This document shows positions 23,987-36,194 of a DNA stretch of 64,000 bases, one piece after another. The notes under the pieces were generated by a model, which worked only from the letters and a program-made list of their open reading frames with translations, had not been told where the DNA came from and did not search any database. The position numbers were made by a program, and so were the translations under genes. How positions within the stretch are numbered: the stretch's first letter is position 1; each line of letters begins with the position of its first letter. Location of the stretch: contig MU008172.1 in the NCBI GenBank assembly GCA_010909165.1, forward strand, positions 992,001 through 1,056,000, written 5' to 3'. The stretch is from Anthoceros angustus. Lineage: Eukaryota; Plantae; Anthocerotophyta.

Positions 23987-26900
23987 TCATAGGGCCAAAT
24001 CAGCACGGGAGCCTGAAGTAGACGCACCATCCCACCTGACGGGTGACGAGTGTGGTGAGGATAATCTTGATGACTCCTGAGTCCTTCCCAGTGCCCTGGG
24101 AGAACGCAACCACACATCCTTTCTTGGTGACAGCGGCCTTTCTTTAACTGCTCCACTCACCTTACTCCGAGGTAGAGGTGCGTGAACTGTGATCGGCATG
24201 GACCATTCTCCTCGCTCTCTGTCTTCTACCTCAAGGGCTGACTCGTACTTACCCCAATCCACGTTCTGTGCCGAAGCTACAAACTCAAACCGAAGGATCC
24301 ATTGTACAGATAGCAAGGGCGTGGAAAATGACGGAGGCCCATCAATGGGCACCGAGAAGATGAAGTTGGTGCTCAAAATGTCGGCCACTACTTCAGAGTA
24401 CTCAGATTGCACCTGCAACGATCACCTGTGAGTGCACCGCATACACGGCTAGGCATGCAAATCGGTTAATGCTCAACGTATGATAACCTTATTGAGAGCC
24501 GGTGCATTCTTCCGTGATGGATGCAAAGATGCCGGGTTCAGTAGCTCTCTAGTCTCTAAGGAGACAGATACCTGCAAACACCTCCTAGCACCTTCCTCGT
24601 GAAAAAAGGACAGTGTTCCAGAAACCTACAAACATGCATGTGCGACATGCGTCAGACTATAGGACGCTTCAGCCGGTTACTTAACAAAGTCAGCGCCCTA
24701 CCGCAGAGACTTGCACGTCAAGGTTCTTACCACATCACCAAAATAATAGATGGACTGAGGGTTTCTGGGTGAGAACCGCACTAATATCTGGTCATCGATT
24801 CTTATGTTGTAGGACTTCCCCCGAGTATACACTACTGAACACAATGAAAAGAGGATCAGAAGTGTTCTTCAATCTGGCCATGATGTCACCCACGCAATGC
24901 ACACTCAAGCATACAATGACTGGGAGGATCACCTGAAGGAGAAGGAGGTGATCCGATGATGCTGTCATCTTCTCCTCGGCCACCGCCAGCGGACCCGTGT
25001 CCATTCTGGGTCACTGCAGTGCTGTTGCTTCTTCTCAGCAGTGCATCAAAATTTCCAGAACTCACTGAGGCAATCAAAGAGTTTGAGCCTCGCTGCCAAA
25101 GGCCAGATTTCTTCTCAAAGGCCATCCTGCTGTCAGAGGTGTCCTTGAGGTGGTGGTTTTCCACTGGGCCTGCAGACCCAGCAGATGCCGCCTTAGATGA
25201 AAAAAACCCTGACCCATGCAGAATGAGGACTATCACAAAGGACCAGATTAAGTCATCTCAACACAGCACATTCCAAACAGAGTATTGCCACTACCATTGT
25301 ATGATTACACAAGGCACACAGGCATTTACATGTTAGATATCACGTCTATAGCCAGTGCTGTTACAAACAAGAGATTAGGATTGGTCGACCAAGTTATGGC
25401 CTATTGCACTCACCTTGGCCGTTCTCTAAACTAGTGGATGACACAGCGTAAGTCCTTTTCCACGGTAACATCTCCAGACGATGAACTGAAGCTTCAGACA
25501 ATGTTCCTCGGGGAGTCACCAGTGGCGAGGCGAATGAAAGAGCGCGGTCAAAGTTATCTAAGCCCCCTTTCACAGGGCTGTGAGTGACGCTGTCAGTTAG
25601 CTGACTGCCATTCTCATCTTCCTCTGTTCGAATGAAGTTATCATCTGCCCAGGCCTGCAATGCAATCAAGGTCAAACTTCAGAGAACCAGTTGGATATAT
25701 CAAGAGGAGGACAGTAATCATTAAACCAATTGCTTGAATGCACCTTGTTTACTGATAAAAGACGACTCACCCAGTTTGAAGAATCGTGATTCTCTCGCCA
25801 CTGAATCTCCATGTCAACAGGTGACGTGGGAACAATACCTGAACAACCACATCATAAGGACCTTCATTCCAAATAAGTGGCAGCAGTCACACCATTCAGG
25901 ATGAAATAACATACCACCCAGACCGTAGTGTCCTGGTGACTGGGTTTCGTCCACAGTCAGGCCACTCTTGTCTGGTAACGTCCACATGTTGAAAATTGTC
26001 CGTACCTCCTAAGCAAGACAAAGAGCTCAGATGTTAAGGGTACACTTACTGCTCCATGTCTAAGTTGTCACATGAAGGTAAATGGGTGTTGTAAACTCAC
26101 CACAGGAGGGTATTGGGACTGAGATCCTTTCCTGCTGCTCTCCAGAAATGCTGGTACCCAGTTTAACTTCACTGCCAGGTAATAGATGTATCGTACAGCT
26201 GTTCCTCGATAAGAAGGTGGGAGAACCTCAGGTAAGGTTGTCCGAATTTGATCTGAACCAGAACATTACCCAATGTTAGTTGTCAAGACGTTCGAGCATT
26301 CTCAATTCTCCCACCGGAAACATTAAGCTTGAGAGCCATACATGATTTGCTCAAACCCTGTTGAATGAGAACATTTGAAACCAGTGACGTTGCAGGAGAC
26401 TCCAAAATTGTGCGTTCCCCTGTAAAGAATAAGGGCAGCCATGAGCCGGGAGGTGTGCTAAGGCCTTATCAAGCAGAAAATATAACAGCATGCTCTGTGA
26501 CATGCTACCCTAGATCCAGCACACCTGTAATGAGCACTAGCTGAACCCAGTTCCTAACAAAATTCCTAAGTGAGATTCTGTAAGGAGCCACACTGAAACA
26601 GAAGCAGTAGTTTAGAAGGCTAGCTGGGTGACAAGGAGGTCTACCTTTTCGCAACTTGGAGGCAGCAGGCATTCTTGGAGTGAGCAACCACTGTGGATCC
26701 ATTTTCTCGATTCCCCTGACCCCTGCCACAAGATCCTCCAACAAAACCGCATCTGAACCATCTCGGCTTGTCTCCATAACTGACTCATTTGAGAGGGGTG
26801 GCCCTTCATTCAGTATGTTGATGGTGGCTACAATAGTGTCACCAGGTCGGTAGGCTGTCCTATCCATCGTGACCCGCAAAGAAGGGGGAAAGACAGGAGA

Positions 26901-27008
26901 GGAAACATAACGAGAGTTGCCTCTCAGTGGGAGAGACGCATCATTGTTATCCTGGAGCTGAGGCCTTCCCTTGAAGAAGGGCAAGACCTCAGGTATGGCG
27001 GACCACAT
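23987..27008 (-). CDS. RGP1: RGP1 (subunit of the RIC1-RGP1 Rab6/Ypt6 GEF), multi-exon
   Basis: N-terminal SLRVTMDRTAYRPGD...GIEKMDPQWL; C-terminal FSTPLLSVQWILRFEFV...GEWSMPITVHAP. Confidence 0.8.
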
Positions 27009-27490
27009 TATTTAGAATTGCGTTTCCATGAAATGGAAAACTTGCTCTTGCACTTGGCAGTATATGTACCCAACGGACCTATGGGACATCAATCTTTCAA
27101 TAGAAGCTGTCAAGTATAAAATAGATCCTCGACATCACTGTGTTGCAGCTCACGCTAGACGCTGATGGTTGAGCCTGAAGTCAGAATTTAGGTCTCAGGC
27201 AGTCCTTCACCCCCTAGCCCGCCCATATGCTGATGAGACGATTCTGAAACCTTGCCAGCCGCAGCAGCCATGGTGTGTGGTCACAAGTCTCTCTCACGAA
27301 ACAGAGGGATTCGGTAACACATGAAGTCCTACTTGCCGGTTCCAAACCATGACGAGACCGGGATTTCGAAAACGCTGCTGATCTAAGTTCGGCAGATTAG
27401 CGCGTGGCTGCCATCAAAGAGTAGGTGGGTGCCACCCTCTCCAGTACATGCCGGGGTCCCTGTCCTTGTCCCTGCTGTGCCTGTCTCCGT

Positions 27491-27980
27491 CCCTTTCCCT
27501 GTCCCTGTCCCTGTCCCCGCCCTGGCCCTGCTCTTCATTGCGGCTGGCAGATCGTCCGAGTAGATGCGTTGGAGTTGTCCAGCAAGCGTGCAATGCGCAG
27601 CAAGACAGCTAGCTCATTATGCGAGGCGAGCACAAGCTTGAGCTCTGTCTGATCTGAACCGCATGCAATTCGAAGAGAGACGCTCCAGCTCGACCCCGCA
27701 GCTGCAGCAGCAGGACATGGTGGGGGCATGGATGCTTGTGGCCAGCTGCAGCGCAAGCCAAATTTCGCGTTGCCTGCGAAGGCAGCAAGAAGGAGGCCTT
27801 CCTCAGGTCCAAGAAGTAGGTGATCTGCACAGCAGCGGGATGGCATGCACCAGTGCTACTGCGACTACGCCTGCGCAGCTGCATCCGACGCCGAGCCCGC
27901 CAAAACGCTGCTAGCAATGAGCGAGCGGGACGCGGAGCGGGGCCGGGGCCGGGACCGGGGCAGGGCGGGGCAGGCCAGGG
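27491..27980. promoter_or_regulatory. C-tract array (27491-27528) and G-tract array (27939-27980) between divergent RGP1 and ZNHIT3; putative G-quadruplexes on opposite strands
   Basis: At least 6 runs of C3-4, then at least 6 runs of G3-4 with 1-3 nt loops. Confidence 0.4.
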
Positions 27981-28240
27981 ATTCCATGTCCCACTCCCTC
28001 AGTCCCACTGGACGCCTCTAGCCACCCGCTTCTTTCTGTCTTCGCTCTCGCCTTGAAATGGCAACATGATGTGAGTGAGTTACTTCCGAGGTTTACTTCA
28101 CCCCGCATGAGTTGGCTTGTGTACATATGTCGCGTGCCACGCTCTCTACAGTGCATAAAACATGTCCTCGACTATGTATGTTACAGGCGCCTGCGAGTGA
28201 TTCACTTGCATCGGAAATCGGAAATTGGCTTGACTTGGCC

Positions 28241-29230
28241 ATGGGAAGGCCATGTACGGTGTGCAAGCGCGCTCAATCCAACTACAAGTGCCCCAATTGC
28301 TCCATACCGTAGTGCGTATTGGATTTGTATCGGTGTCGCTGCTGAGATAGGGTTTGGTTGAGGGTTTGTGTCTAATGGTGTGTATGTTGCTCGCACCCTG
28401 CCCTGCAGTTGTTCAGTCCCATGTTATCACAAGCATAAAGGTATGCAAGTGAAGTTTGGAGTTTAGAAGGAAGCAATCAGAACAGCCTGTCATGCCTCGC
28501 TCTTACGTCTTGCCCTTGCTGTTTCGCACCGTGAAGAGGAACCATGCAGCAAGCTAGAGTCCCTTCAGGAGAAGGAGACTGGTGAGTTTAACCTTTCCCT
28601 TTCAGCCTTTCCTCTTGTACCTGCTGCTGCTGCTGCTGCTGCTGGCGTGGTTTCTGAAAATATTTGGATTTGTCCCGCAGAGCTGAAGCTGCCCCCGCGA
28701 GGACGAGGCTTTGAGTTCAGCGCAGATGAATCGGGGTTGAGGTTGCGGAAGTCACAGCTGGAGGCTGTTGGTAAGGCAACATGGAAGGTGTAGGGCTCCG
28801 TAGAGGCGCAGGCACAGGCTGCACAGGTTCAGGTGTTTTAACTTGTTTTTTGGTTGCAGCTGCTTCACATGAGATTCGGGAGATGCTGATGGATTCCAGT
28901 CTGCGGAAGCAAATATTGCGGATCGATTCATCACTGGCGGCAGAGCGAGTACGATTAGGCCTGACCGAGCGATCGGTGAGCTCGTTTAATTGGTTGCAGC
29001 AATTTGGCGGCCCTGAATATTTTTTCTGTCTTGTCTGTGTAGCAGGATTTGGGGAAATTGATGCAGATTGGTGCCTTTGGTGAACTATCAGCGAAGGTTT
29101 GCGTACCTGAATTTCCTCCTTGTAATCACTGCGGGGGGAAACGAATTGCTAATTCTTTGCTGGATTTTTGCAGATACTGAGCGTTCTCAACTCAGAGGAC
29201 GTTTCACATGTGACGGAGACAGAGTCTTAG
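28241..29230 (+). CDS. ZNHIT3: Zinc finger HIT domain protein (ZNHIT3/Hit1-like box C/D snoRNP assembly factor), multi-exon
   Basis: Spliced CTVCKRAQSNYKCPNCSIPYCSVPCYHKHK, plus LRKQILRIDSS in the C-terminal part; canonical GT-AG introns. Confidence 0.8.
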
Positions 29231-29476
29231 GATGGGCCACCACTCTAGCTAGGGAGTGTTCAGTGCATAGGAAGTGATGTTGGTGTTCTAGGAATTGGTG
29301 TACATAGTGTGAGTGCATCGAAGCCTATGGTAGACTGGGCTTGGAAATTGTACAAGCTTGAGTTAACTTCCTCGTCAGAGGAGATGACTTTGTGGCCTCC
29401 AACGTGCCAGCTGTGCGAGCCTTGTGACATCCAAATCAGCACGCACTTCTGGAGTAAGCGCCAGTGGTTAGCGGCT

Positions 29477-31740
29477 ATGGCGTTGGCGAGCTCCACCGGT
29501 ATCTCCCTCGCCCGCAATGCAACGCCGAATCTGCATTGTGGGATCTGGAGAGGGAAGGGGAGTTCTGCGCCTTCGCCGACATCCTTAACCGTACTCAAAG
29601 CCAGATGTTGCCGCAGCCGCAGCCGCAGCCGCACTTTCACGCCTTGTGCTCTGTACGTAGATGATGACGATGGCGAGGTGAGAACGGTCACTCATACACG
29701 TGAACGCATTCCTCTTTGTCTCCCGCACTGAGATTTTAGCTGTGCAGTACCTGGTTGATGCACCCGTTTCACTGGGCGACGGCTTCTCCTTCACTGGCGG
29801 TGGGTTTCTGCCCACACCTCTACATAACGGATCCCTGTTGCATTCCCGGGTGCAAACGCGTCATAATTTTGTGCAATGCGTGTCACCAGGCAAGTACTCA
29901 GACACGTCGAGCCCAGCAGACCAATGGCGGGCACGAGGACGCATTGTGAGTCGACTGTCGAGAGTTGAGGACAAAAAGCGTTTTCCTTGTCACAGTTACT
30001 GACTTGGCTTTGCTGCCTTGGTACTCCCAGATGAATGCTTACTCTGTTCAGGGAGCCTCGGAGAAAGCCAAGGATCCACTCTTCGGCTTGGCCATGGGTG
30101 AAGCTTCACAGACCACAGATGATGCATTCAGGTAGCCAACTGCTACTGCTCATTCTTGTCCATGCCGGAATCGGATCCGCGTATTTTTCATCCCACATAT
30201 TTGCAGATGGTTCTACGTGGAAGATGGTGAACGTAGCCAGCCTTCCGTGCTGCTCACACATGGCTTTCCTTCTCAGGTGTTTATACCTACACGCAAGGCA
30301 ATGCTTCACAGACTACAAGTATGCAGCCAAGAGCCTGAAGTTACTTTCTTTGTGTTTGCAGGCCTATTCGTATCGCAAAGTTGTCCCATTACTCGCAACA
30401 GACTACCATGTGGTGGCCTTGGATTGGCTTGGTCTGTTCTGCTGCTGCCTTGTCCCTGCCGGGCCCCGGCTGCTACCCTCTGCTCTCTTACATCCATGTC
30501 GTAATGCATGCAGGCTTCGGCTTTTCTGACAAGCCACAGCCCAAGTATGGGTTTAACTACACAACAGACGGTAGGGAGGCTGGCTGCCCGTCTGCCTGTC
30601 CAGTCTCTCTTTATGTATCAGTCAACAGTCCATGTCCATGTACGCAGAGTATGCAAAGGCATTGAAATCGGTGGTAGAAGCTCTTGAGCTACCGAAGATG
30701 ACGCTGGTTGCGCAGGTAACAACAGGACTGGTGCATTCAGCTTTAACTGATGATGGCTGCCTGTCTACTGCACTTTCTCCTTCTGACCAGGCTCGTTCTT
30801 CTAGCATAGGATAGGGTTACTTTGCTCCTTCCGTTGTCCAATTTGCTGCTGCCAACCCGCACATGGTGGAGCGCTTGATTCTCATCAATCCACCAGTAAG
30901 CTACTTCGGAGCAGCATTCAGTTGTAGCCCACCTTTGGGTTCGCATGGATATGGTACAGAATTGAGACATGCCTTCTTGTTGTTTTGCATCAAGATTACC
31001 GACCAACATACCAAGCTCCCGGGACCGCTCTCTGCTTTCGCTGGCTTTCTGCTTGGTGAGATCTTCGCTCAGGTGAGAAGGTGACAGACCCAGCTACCTG
31101 TGCTGGTACACTCACACCCTGGATTCCGTGCTTGTTCACACTCTCGGAGAGGCTGTCGTGGTGTGTCACCTTCCAGGACCCTCTCAGGGCCAGTGACAAG
31201 CCTCTCTCGGAGTGTGGACCCTACATTCTGGATGAGGAGGATGCCATGGTGTACAGGAGCCCGTATTTGACATCGGGAGCTGCTGGGTTTGCCTTGACAG
31301 CCATCAGCAGGGCCATGGACAAGGAGCTCAAGGTCGCCGGCCTGTATTGACCAGTTACGCTGGCTGCCTTTTTTGTGTATCAAAGGTGCAAAACGTAACT
31401 GGATGTTGAAAGGCTTCGCGTCTTGTCATTTTTGTAGAGCTCGGTGAAGTCGTTGAGGGACATCATCTTGTCTGGAGATTTACGCAAGGTTACGTCCGTG
31501 ATATGGGGAAGGAAGGACCGGTGGCTCGACTACAAGGGAGTCCCCGACTTGACCCGCTCGGCCAACGTGCGTCTGCTGGAGCTTCCGGAGGTAGGCTCAG
31601 CATCGGCACAGGCTCGTCCTTTCCTGGATACCTGCTGAGCGCAATCTTTGCTTTGACAGGTTGGTCATCATGCGCAAGAGGATTACGGAGAAGAAGTAGC
31701 TCGACTCCTGCGACTGGTGCTTGCAAGCAAAGCTTCTTAG
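29477..31740 (+). CDS. Plastid-targeted alpha/beta hydrolase (haloalkane dehalogenase/epoxide hydrolase-like fold), multi-exon
   Basis: Transit-peptide-like N-terminus, LLTHGFPSQAYSYR, ALDWLGFGFSDKPQP, IWGRKDRWL and VGHHAQED. Confidence 0.85.
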
Positions 31741-32377
31741 GTGAAGGTTTAGAACACCAGCAGGTTGACATGTAATACCACGAACCATATTGTGGCTAGC
31801 CTCTTTGGGAAGCACTGCTGTTGTTGGAAATGAAGTTGCGGTTATGAAATGTCTCGGTGCATGTTATCAACATTTTGGCCCCGCACATCCATGTACATAC
31901 GTCCTCCAATGCAGCCACGAGCTGTGCGGAAGTGTGAGAGAACCTGACTGTGTGTGTGCACAGCAGAAAGCGGTTGCCAGTAATACGAATAGATGGGAAT
32001 TAAGAAAGGAGCTGTTGCCTTGAGAGAGTTGCGCGGCCAGGTGTGGAGGTAATGTCGATGACAAGTGCCACCTGCTTCTTGGGGACACTTGGCCGCTGCA
32101 CTACTTCCCACTCTGGAATAAGCCTGTTCCACAACGCCATCTGTTACCCGTGGCGTGCGTGGCTTCCTCATTCAACTGTATTTATGACGAAACATCACCG
32201 AGTGACACACACTACAATCTCGTATTCGCCTCTCTGGAACGGTTCCGAGCTGTGCATTACACGCCTTCCATCAGTCACACCAATTGTGTCTTCTGTTGTG
32301 TCCTATTTCAGTGCGACCGAAGATCTTAGAAGTTGCCTGTTGCATCGTCGGCAGCTGTTGTCTTCAACATCACTGAG

Positions 32378-32812
32378 ATGGCCAGCCAAGGACAGGAGAA
32401 GCCAGGCTTCGTGGAGAAGGTGAAGGACAAGGTGACAGGGCTCAAGCCAGGCCACAGCGCCGGCAAGGTGGGAACGGAAGCTGAGCAGGAAAAGTATAAC
32501 ACCGGCAGGTCACTGACGGAGGCAGAGAAGTCTGCTTACGGAGCTCCCGTCGACAAACCCAAGCACGGGTTTCTGGAGAAAGTGAAAGAGAAACTTCCAG
32601 GCCACAAGAGTCATGCAGACGCCGGTGCAGGTGCCGGTAACTATGCGAATCCCAGCCCCACAGTGACCCCTGGTGCCACGTACACGGATGCTCAGGGATA
32701 TCCCGTGGAAGGTCCTAGAGAGGGGACATCTCCTCGGAAAGAAGGACTCATGGCCAAGGTGAAGGACAAGCTGCATTTGGGAGGGCATAAGGACGATCAA
32801 GGCACCTACTAG
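32378..32812 (+). CDS. Dehydrin (LEA group 2), K3 type, 144 aa
   Basis: Three K-segment-like motifs: EKPGFVEKVKDKVTG, KHGFLEKVKEKLPG and KEGLMAKVKDKLHLG. Gly/Lys-rich, with no Cys or Trp. Confidence 0.88.
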   Translation: MASQGQEKPGFVEKVKDKVTGLKPGHSAGKVGTEAEQEKYNTGRSLTEAEKSAYGAPVDKPKHGFLEKVKEKLPGHKSHADAGAGAGNYANPSPTVTPGATYTDAQGYPVEGPREGTSPRKEGLMAKVKDKLHLGGHKDDQGTY

Positions 32813-33011
32813 CTGCAGCAACTTGTGTTTTGTACATATTGTTTCCTTTCTGCCAGCTTGGAACATTTGTAGCTGACGCTTTGCTACAAGGACTGTTTAG
32901 GTTCCTGTGTTGAGAGGGGCTCGAGCAAAGCCCCGTCTCATTAGGTGTGATTGCTTGCTAAACTGAATAATACCAGCCTAGCTACGTTCCTGCACAAACA
33001 CCAGGTGGCAC

Positions 33012-33306
33012 CAGGTGGCACCTTGATATTGTTAGAAGTATCTGCCATGCTGCTGTTCGAAGGTCTAGCAGGCATTACTTAGGCCAAAAGGATGAATACA
33101 GCACAGAGCGTTGTCAGGTGGCACCTTGACATTGTTAAAAATATCTGCCATGCTGCTGTTCGAAATCTAGCAGGCATTACTAAAACCCAAAGGATGAATA
33201 AAGCACACAACGTTGTCAGGTGGCACCTTGACATTGTTAAGAGTATCTGCCATGCTGCTGTTCGAAGTCTAGCAGGCCCAAAGGATGAATAAAGCACAGC
33301 GTTGTC
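33012..33306. repeat. Tandem repeat, about 102-bp unit, about 3 copies
   Basis: caggtggcaccttga(t/c)attgtta... starts at 33012, 33115 and 33217. Confidence 0.92.
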
Positions 33307-33931
33307 CTACTCCAATTCTCAAGTCTTGGGCAGTAGACATTCAGAGGTCACCAGGTGAACCTGTGCCAAGACCCCAGGCTTCCGCATCACATAGGAAGAT
33401 AGTACCGCTGTCTTGATCGGCTTCTCTTCTCGAAGACCCGTCAATTAACATTCTGTATGCTGCATAGTCCTGAGAGCTCGCTCCATCAATTACTTGATAG
33501 GAGATTCCCAAACAGTAGAACTTATCAACTTATGTTGATACGGAGCATAAAACAAATCAGACTGCAGTCAGTAACATGTGCCCCTGACACGCTTTCCTCC
33601 AAAACTGCTACATGCTTCCAGAATGGCACGTCGAGAAGATTCGCATCTGCTGGTTTAAGTTTGAAAGGCCTCTCCAAGTTGTAGGGAGCTGGAGAGCATC
33701 GAAGTCCTTGCTGCGATGCTGAAATAAAGAGAGGAGACTTACGAAGGACTTTGTACTCTTTCTTCTTTTTATTCTCTCAAAATGAGCTACAAGGCTTCAA
33801 AAGAGCAATAACACGTACTGCTCTTCCATGTGTAAGGAGGACTCAGTTCACTGGTGCGAAGCCTCGCAAATGCACCAATGTAGCACCTTCGTAAAGATCT
33901 TGGAAGGCACTCTTGGTACCTGTTGGCCGTT

Positions 33932-34663
33932 TCAAAAATGGAGCAAGCTGTACACCGTTGTCCAAGCGAGCTGCAATCCGAGCCAGCGACAATCAGCTAA
34001 CAGGAGAAGGGTTTTCCCAATCTCGGCGAAACATGGCATGCAACATAACAAGGCAACGTCAACAGTGCACCCCTATGGATCCTCACCAAAAACAGGCTGA
34101 CGGAAGCAGGTAAGCCTTCCTGCAATAGCGAAGCATTTCCTCCAAACTCTTCTTCATCCACCTTCAAAACGAGATGGTAGTAGCCGTACACAATCCCCGA
34201 GGACAAGACAAGAAACCTGCGAGAAAAGAAAAGGGCTCAACATCACGCTACGGTTGAGTTCAAAACATGAGATAACCTAGAAGTTTTTCTGGGGCAGGTC
34301 TCATATGGCATTGAGAGGAACGCACAGCGCCAACCAAAATGCTCCCGTGAGGGGAATCGCCCCCCAAATAATTCCAAGCAGCAGTGCCACAGCTTGCCTC
34401 ATCCAGTGCAGAACATCCCCCAGCGAGTCCTGTTACGTGCAAGGTGAAGGCAGGAAAAAGGGGGAAAAAAAAAAAGTTAGCTTCGAGAAGAGCTTGGGAC
34501 CCCAGACAGAAAAGAGCTACTGAGTAGCTGAGTGATCCCGGACCTTATCCCAGTCTGCATCCCTGCTGAGCAGTTTGGAGAGCGTGGGAGACCAGACATC
34601 CCCCTCCGCCTGCGCCGGAAGGTGCGGCTGCTTGGACTTGATAGATGAGGACTTTTCCCTCAT
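33932..34663 (-). CDS. RAB5IF: Rab5-interacting family protein (RAB5IF/OPTI-like), 4 exons
   Basis: Spliced product reads ...DADWDKDSLGDVLHWMRQAVALLLGIIWGAIPLTG...LKVDEEEFGGNASLLQEGL...LAWTTVYSLLHF. Confidence 0.85.
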
Positions 34664-34997
34664 GGTGTGGTGGCCAGATCCGCGCGATGTTTCACGCTAT
34701 CCTCGGCATTCGGCGACGAGGAGTTGGGCAGATTTTCACCGCAGATTCCCCAACCATCCAGCGCAGGCGCTGGCACTCGTGCGACTGGCTGGGGCTGCAC
34801 CTGCGACACACTCGAGGGATGAAGGAAGGAAGCCTGGTCCGCAAATCCTTCACACACGGCTGCAGCTCTTGACCAGCTGTTGCCGCTTATTACGTACCTA
34901 GTATGTATGGGGGTAGGTTAATCCCTGGCCAATGGATTTACGCACACGACTCTTCAAGTTTCCTTCTTGTGGGTCTATACTAGGTTACACAATAGTA

Positions 34998-36194
34998 TTA
35001 TACAAGAGGGACGGAAGGGGTGGCGCATGCAGAGGAAATGTCCACTTGCGCCACTCGCATGGCATCGCACACCCAGGCCGGGACGTCTCCCTTGGGGAAC
35101 ATAGTGCGCAGGAAGGAGCAGACGAAGTCGGGGAAGGTGCCCTGCACGATGGCGCGATGTAGGCCCGACGTGAGGCGCATCATGTAGGCCACGTTGTGGT
35201 AAGAGAGGAGCTGCGAGCCCATGGCCTCCTTGGTGACGAGCGTGTGCAGGTAGGCGCGGGTGTAGCGACGGCACACCATGCAGCCGCAGCGGGCGTCCAG
35301 GGGCCGGGTGTCGGCGGCCATGGCGGCGTGCTTGAGCTTGAGCACGCCCTCCGGCACCAGCGCGGTGCCGAACCTGGCAGTCCTGGTGGGGTAGACGCAG
35401 TCGTACATGTCGGCGCCCAGGGCGGTGCACACGACGATGTCCAGCGGGAAGCCGACGCCCATAACGTAGCGCGGCTTGTGGTCCGGCAGCCCCGCCGTGC
35501 ACTGCGCCACCACCCGCCAGAAGGCCTCCTTCTCCTCCCCGCCCGCCAGGCCCCCGATGGCGTAGCCCGGCAGGTCCCGGGCCACCAGCCCCTGCACGCA
35601 CTCCTCCCGCAGCCGCGCGTCCACCCCGCCCTGCACGATCCCGAACAGGCTCTGCTGCTCCGGCCGCGCGTGCGCCGCCACGCACCTGTCCACCCACCGC
35701 AGCGTGCGCTGCATCGCCTCCTCCACGCGCGGGCCCGTCGTCGTCGTCTTCACCACGTCGTCCAGCGCCATGATGATGTCCGCACCGATCTTGTTCTGGA
35801 TGTGGATCGACTCCTCCGGCGTCAGCAGCATCGGTGTGCCGTCCACCGGCGACTGGAACGTGACTCCCTCCTCCGTCACGTCCGCCAGGTGCAGCAGCGA
35901 CACCATCTGGAAGCCCCCCGAGTCCGTGAGCAGCCCCTTGGGCCAGTTGATGAAGCCCGCCAGCCCGCCCTGCGCCTCCAGCAGCTCCGCCCCCGGCCGC
36001 AGCGCCAGGTGGTACGTGTTGCCCAGGATGATGTCGCACCCCAGCTCCTGCAGCTGCTCCCCGACCAGCCCCTTGATGCTGCCTTGCGTGCCCACGGGCA
36101 TGAACACGGGCGTGGGGCACACGCAGTGCGGCAGCGTCAGCCGGCAAGCCCTCGCCCGCTTGTACCTGCCCACCACCTCCAACCGCAGCGCCAT
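34998..36194 (-). CDS. QTRT1: Queuine tRNA-ribosyltransferase catalytic subunit (eukaryotic TGT), intronless
   Basis: TPVFMPVGTQG, LTDSGGFQMVSL, FGIVQGG, KPRYVMGVG, DMYDCVYPTRTARFG and zinc ligands CGCMVC...H; plant-type C-terminus FPKGDVPAWV. Confidence 0.95.
   Translation of the reverse strand: MALRLEVVGRYKRARACRLTLPHCVCPTPVFMPVGTQGSIKGLVGEQLQELGCDIILGNTYHLALRPGAELLEAQGGLAGFINWPKGLLTDSGGFQMVSLLHLADVTEEGVTFQSPVDGTPMLLTPEESIHIQNKIGADIIMALDDVVKTTTTGPRVEEAMQRTLRWVDRCVAAHARPEQQSLFGIVQGGVDARLREECVQGLVARDLPGYAIGGLAGGEEKEAFWRVVAQCTAGLPDHKPRYVMGVGFPLDIVVCTALGADMYDCVYPTRTARFGTALVPEGVLKLKHAAMAADTRPLDARCGCMVCRRYTRAYLHTLVTKEAMGSQLLSYHNVAYMMRLTSGLHRAIVQGTFPDFVCSFLRTMFPKGDVPAWVCDAMRVAQVDISSACATPSVPLV

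Noticed and set aside
27229-27290. Hammerhead-like core ctgatgagacgattctgaaac
   Set aside because: Stem II does not pair properly, and no downstream GUH is followed by a strand complementary to the 5' flank (catatg), so stems I/III cannot form.
27535-27917. Several 80-100 aa ORFs between RGP1 and ZNHIT3
   Set aside because: They occur on both strands, with no recognisable motif or splice pattern, in GC-rich sequence.
33012-33306. Possible CRISPR-like array
   Set aside because: Whole units are similar with no unique spacers, and the context is eukaryotic.
33600-33720. Protein-like minus-strand stretch PYNLERPFKLKPADANLLDVPFWK
   Set aside because: RAB5IF already terminates at 33932, and no start or consistent exon chain was found; probably 3' UTR or intergenic.
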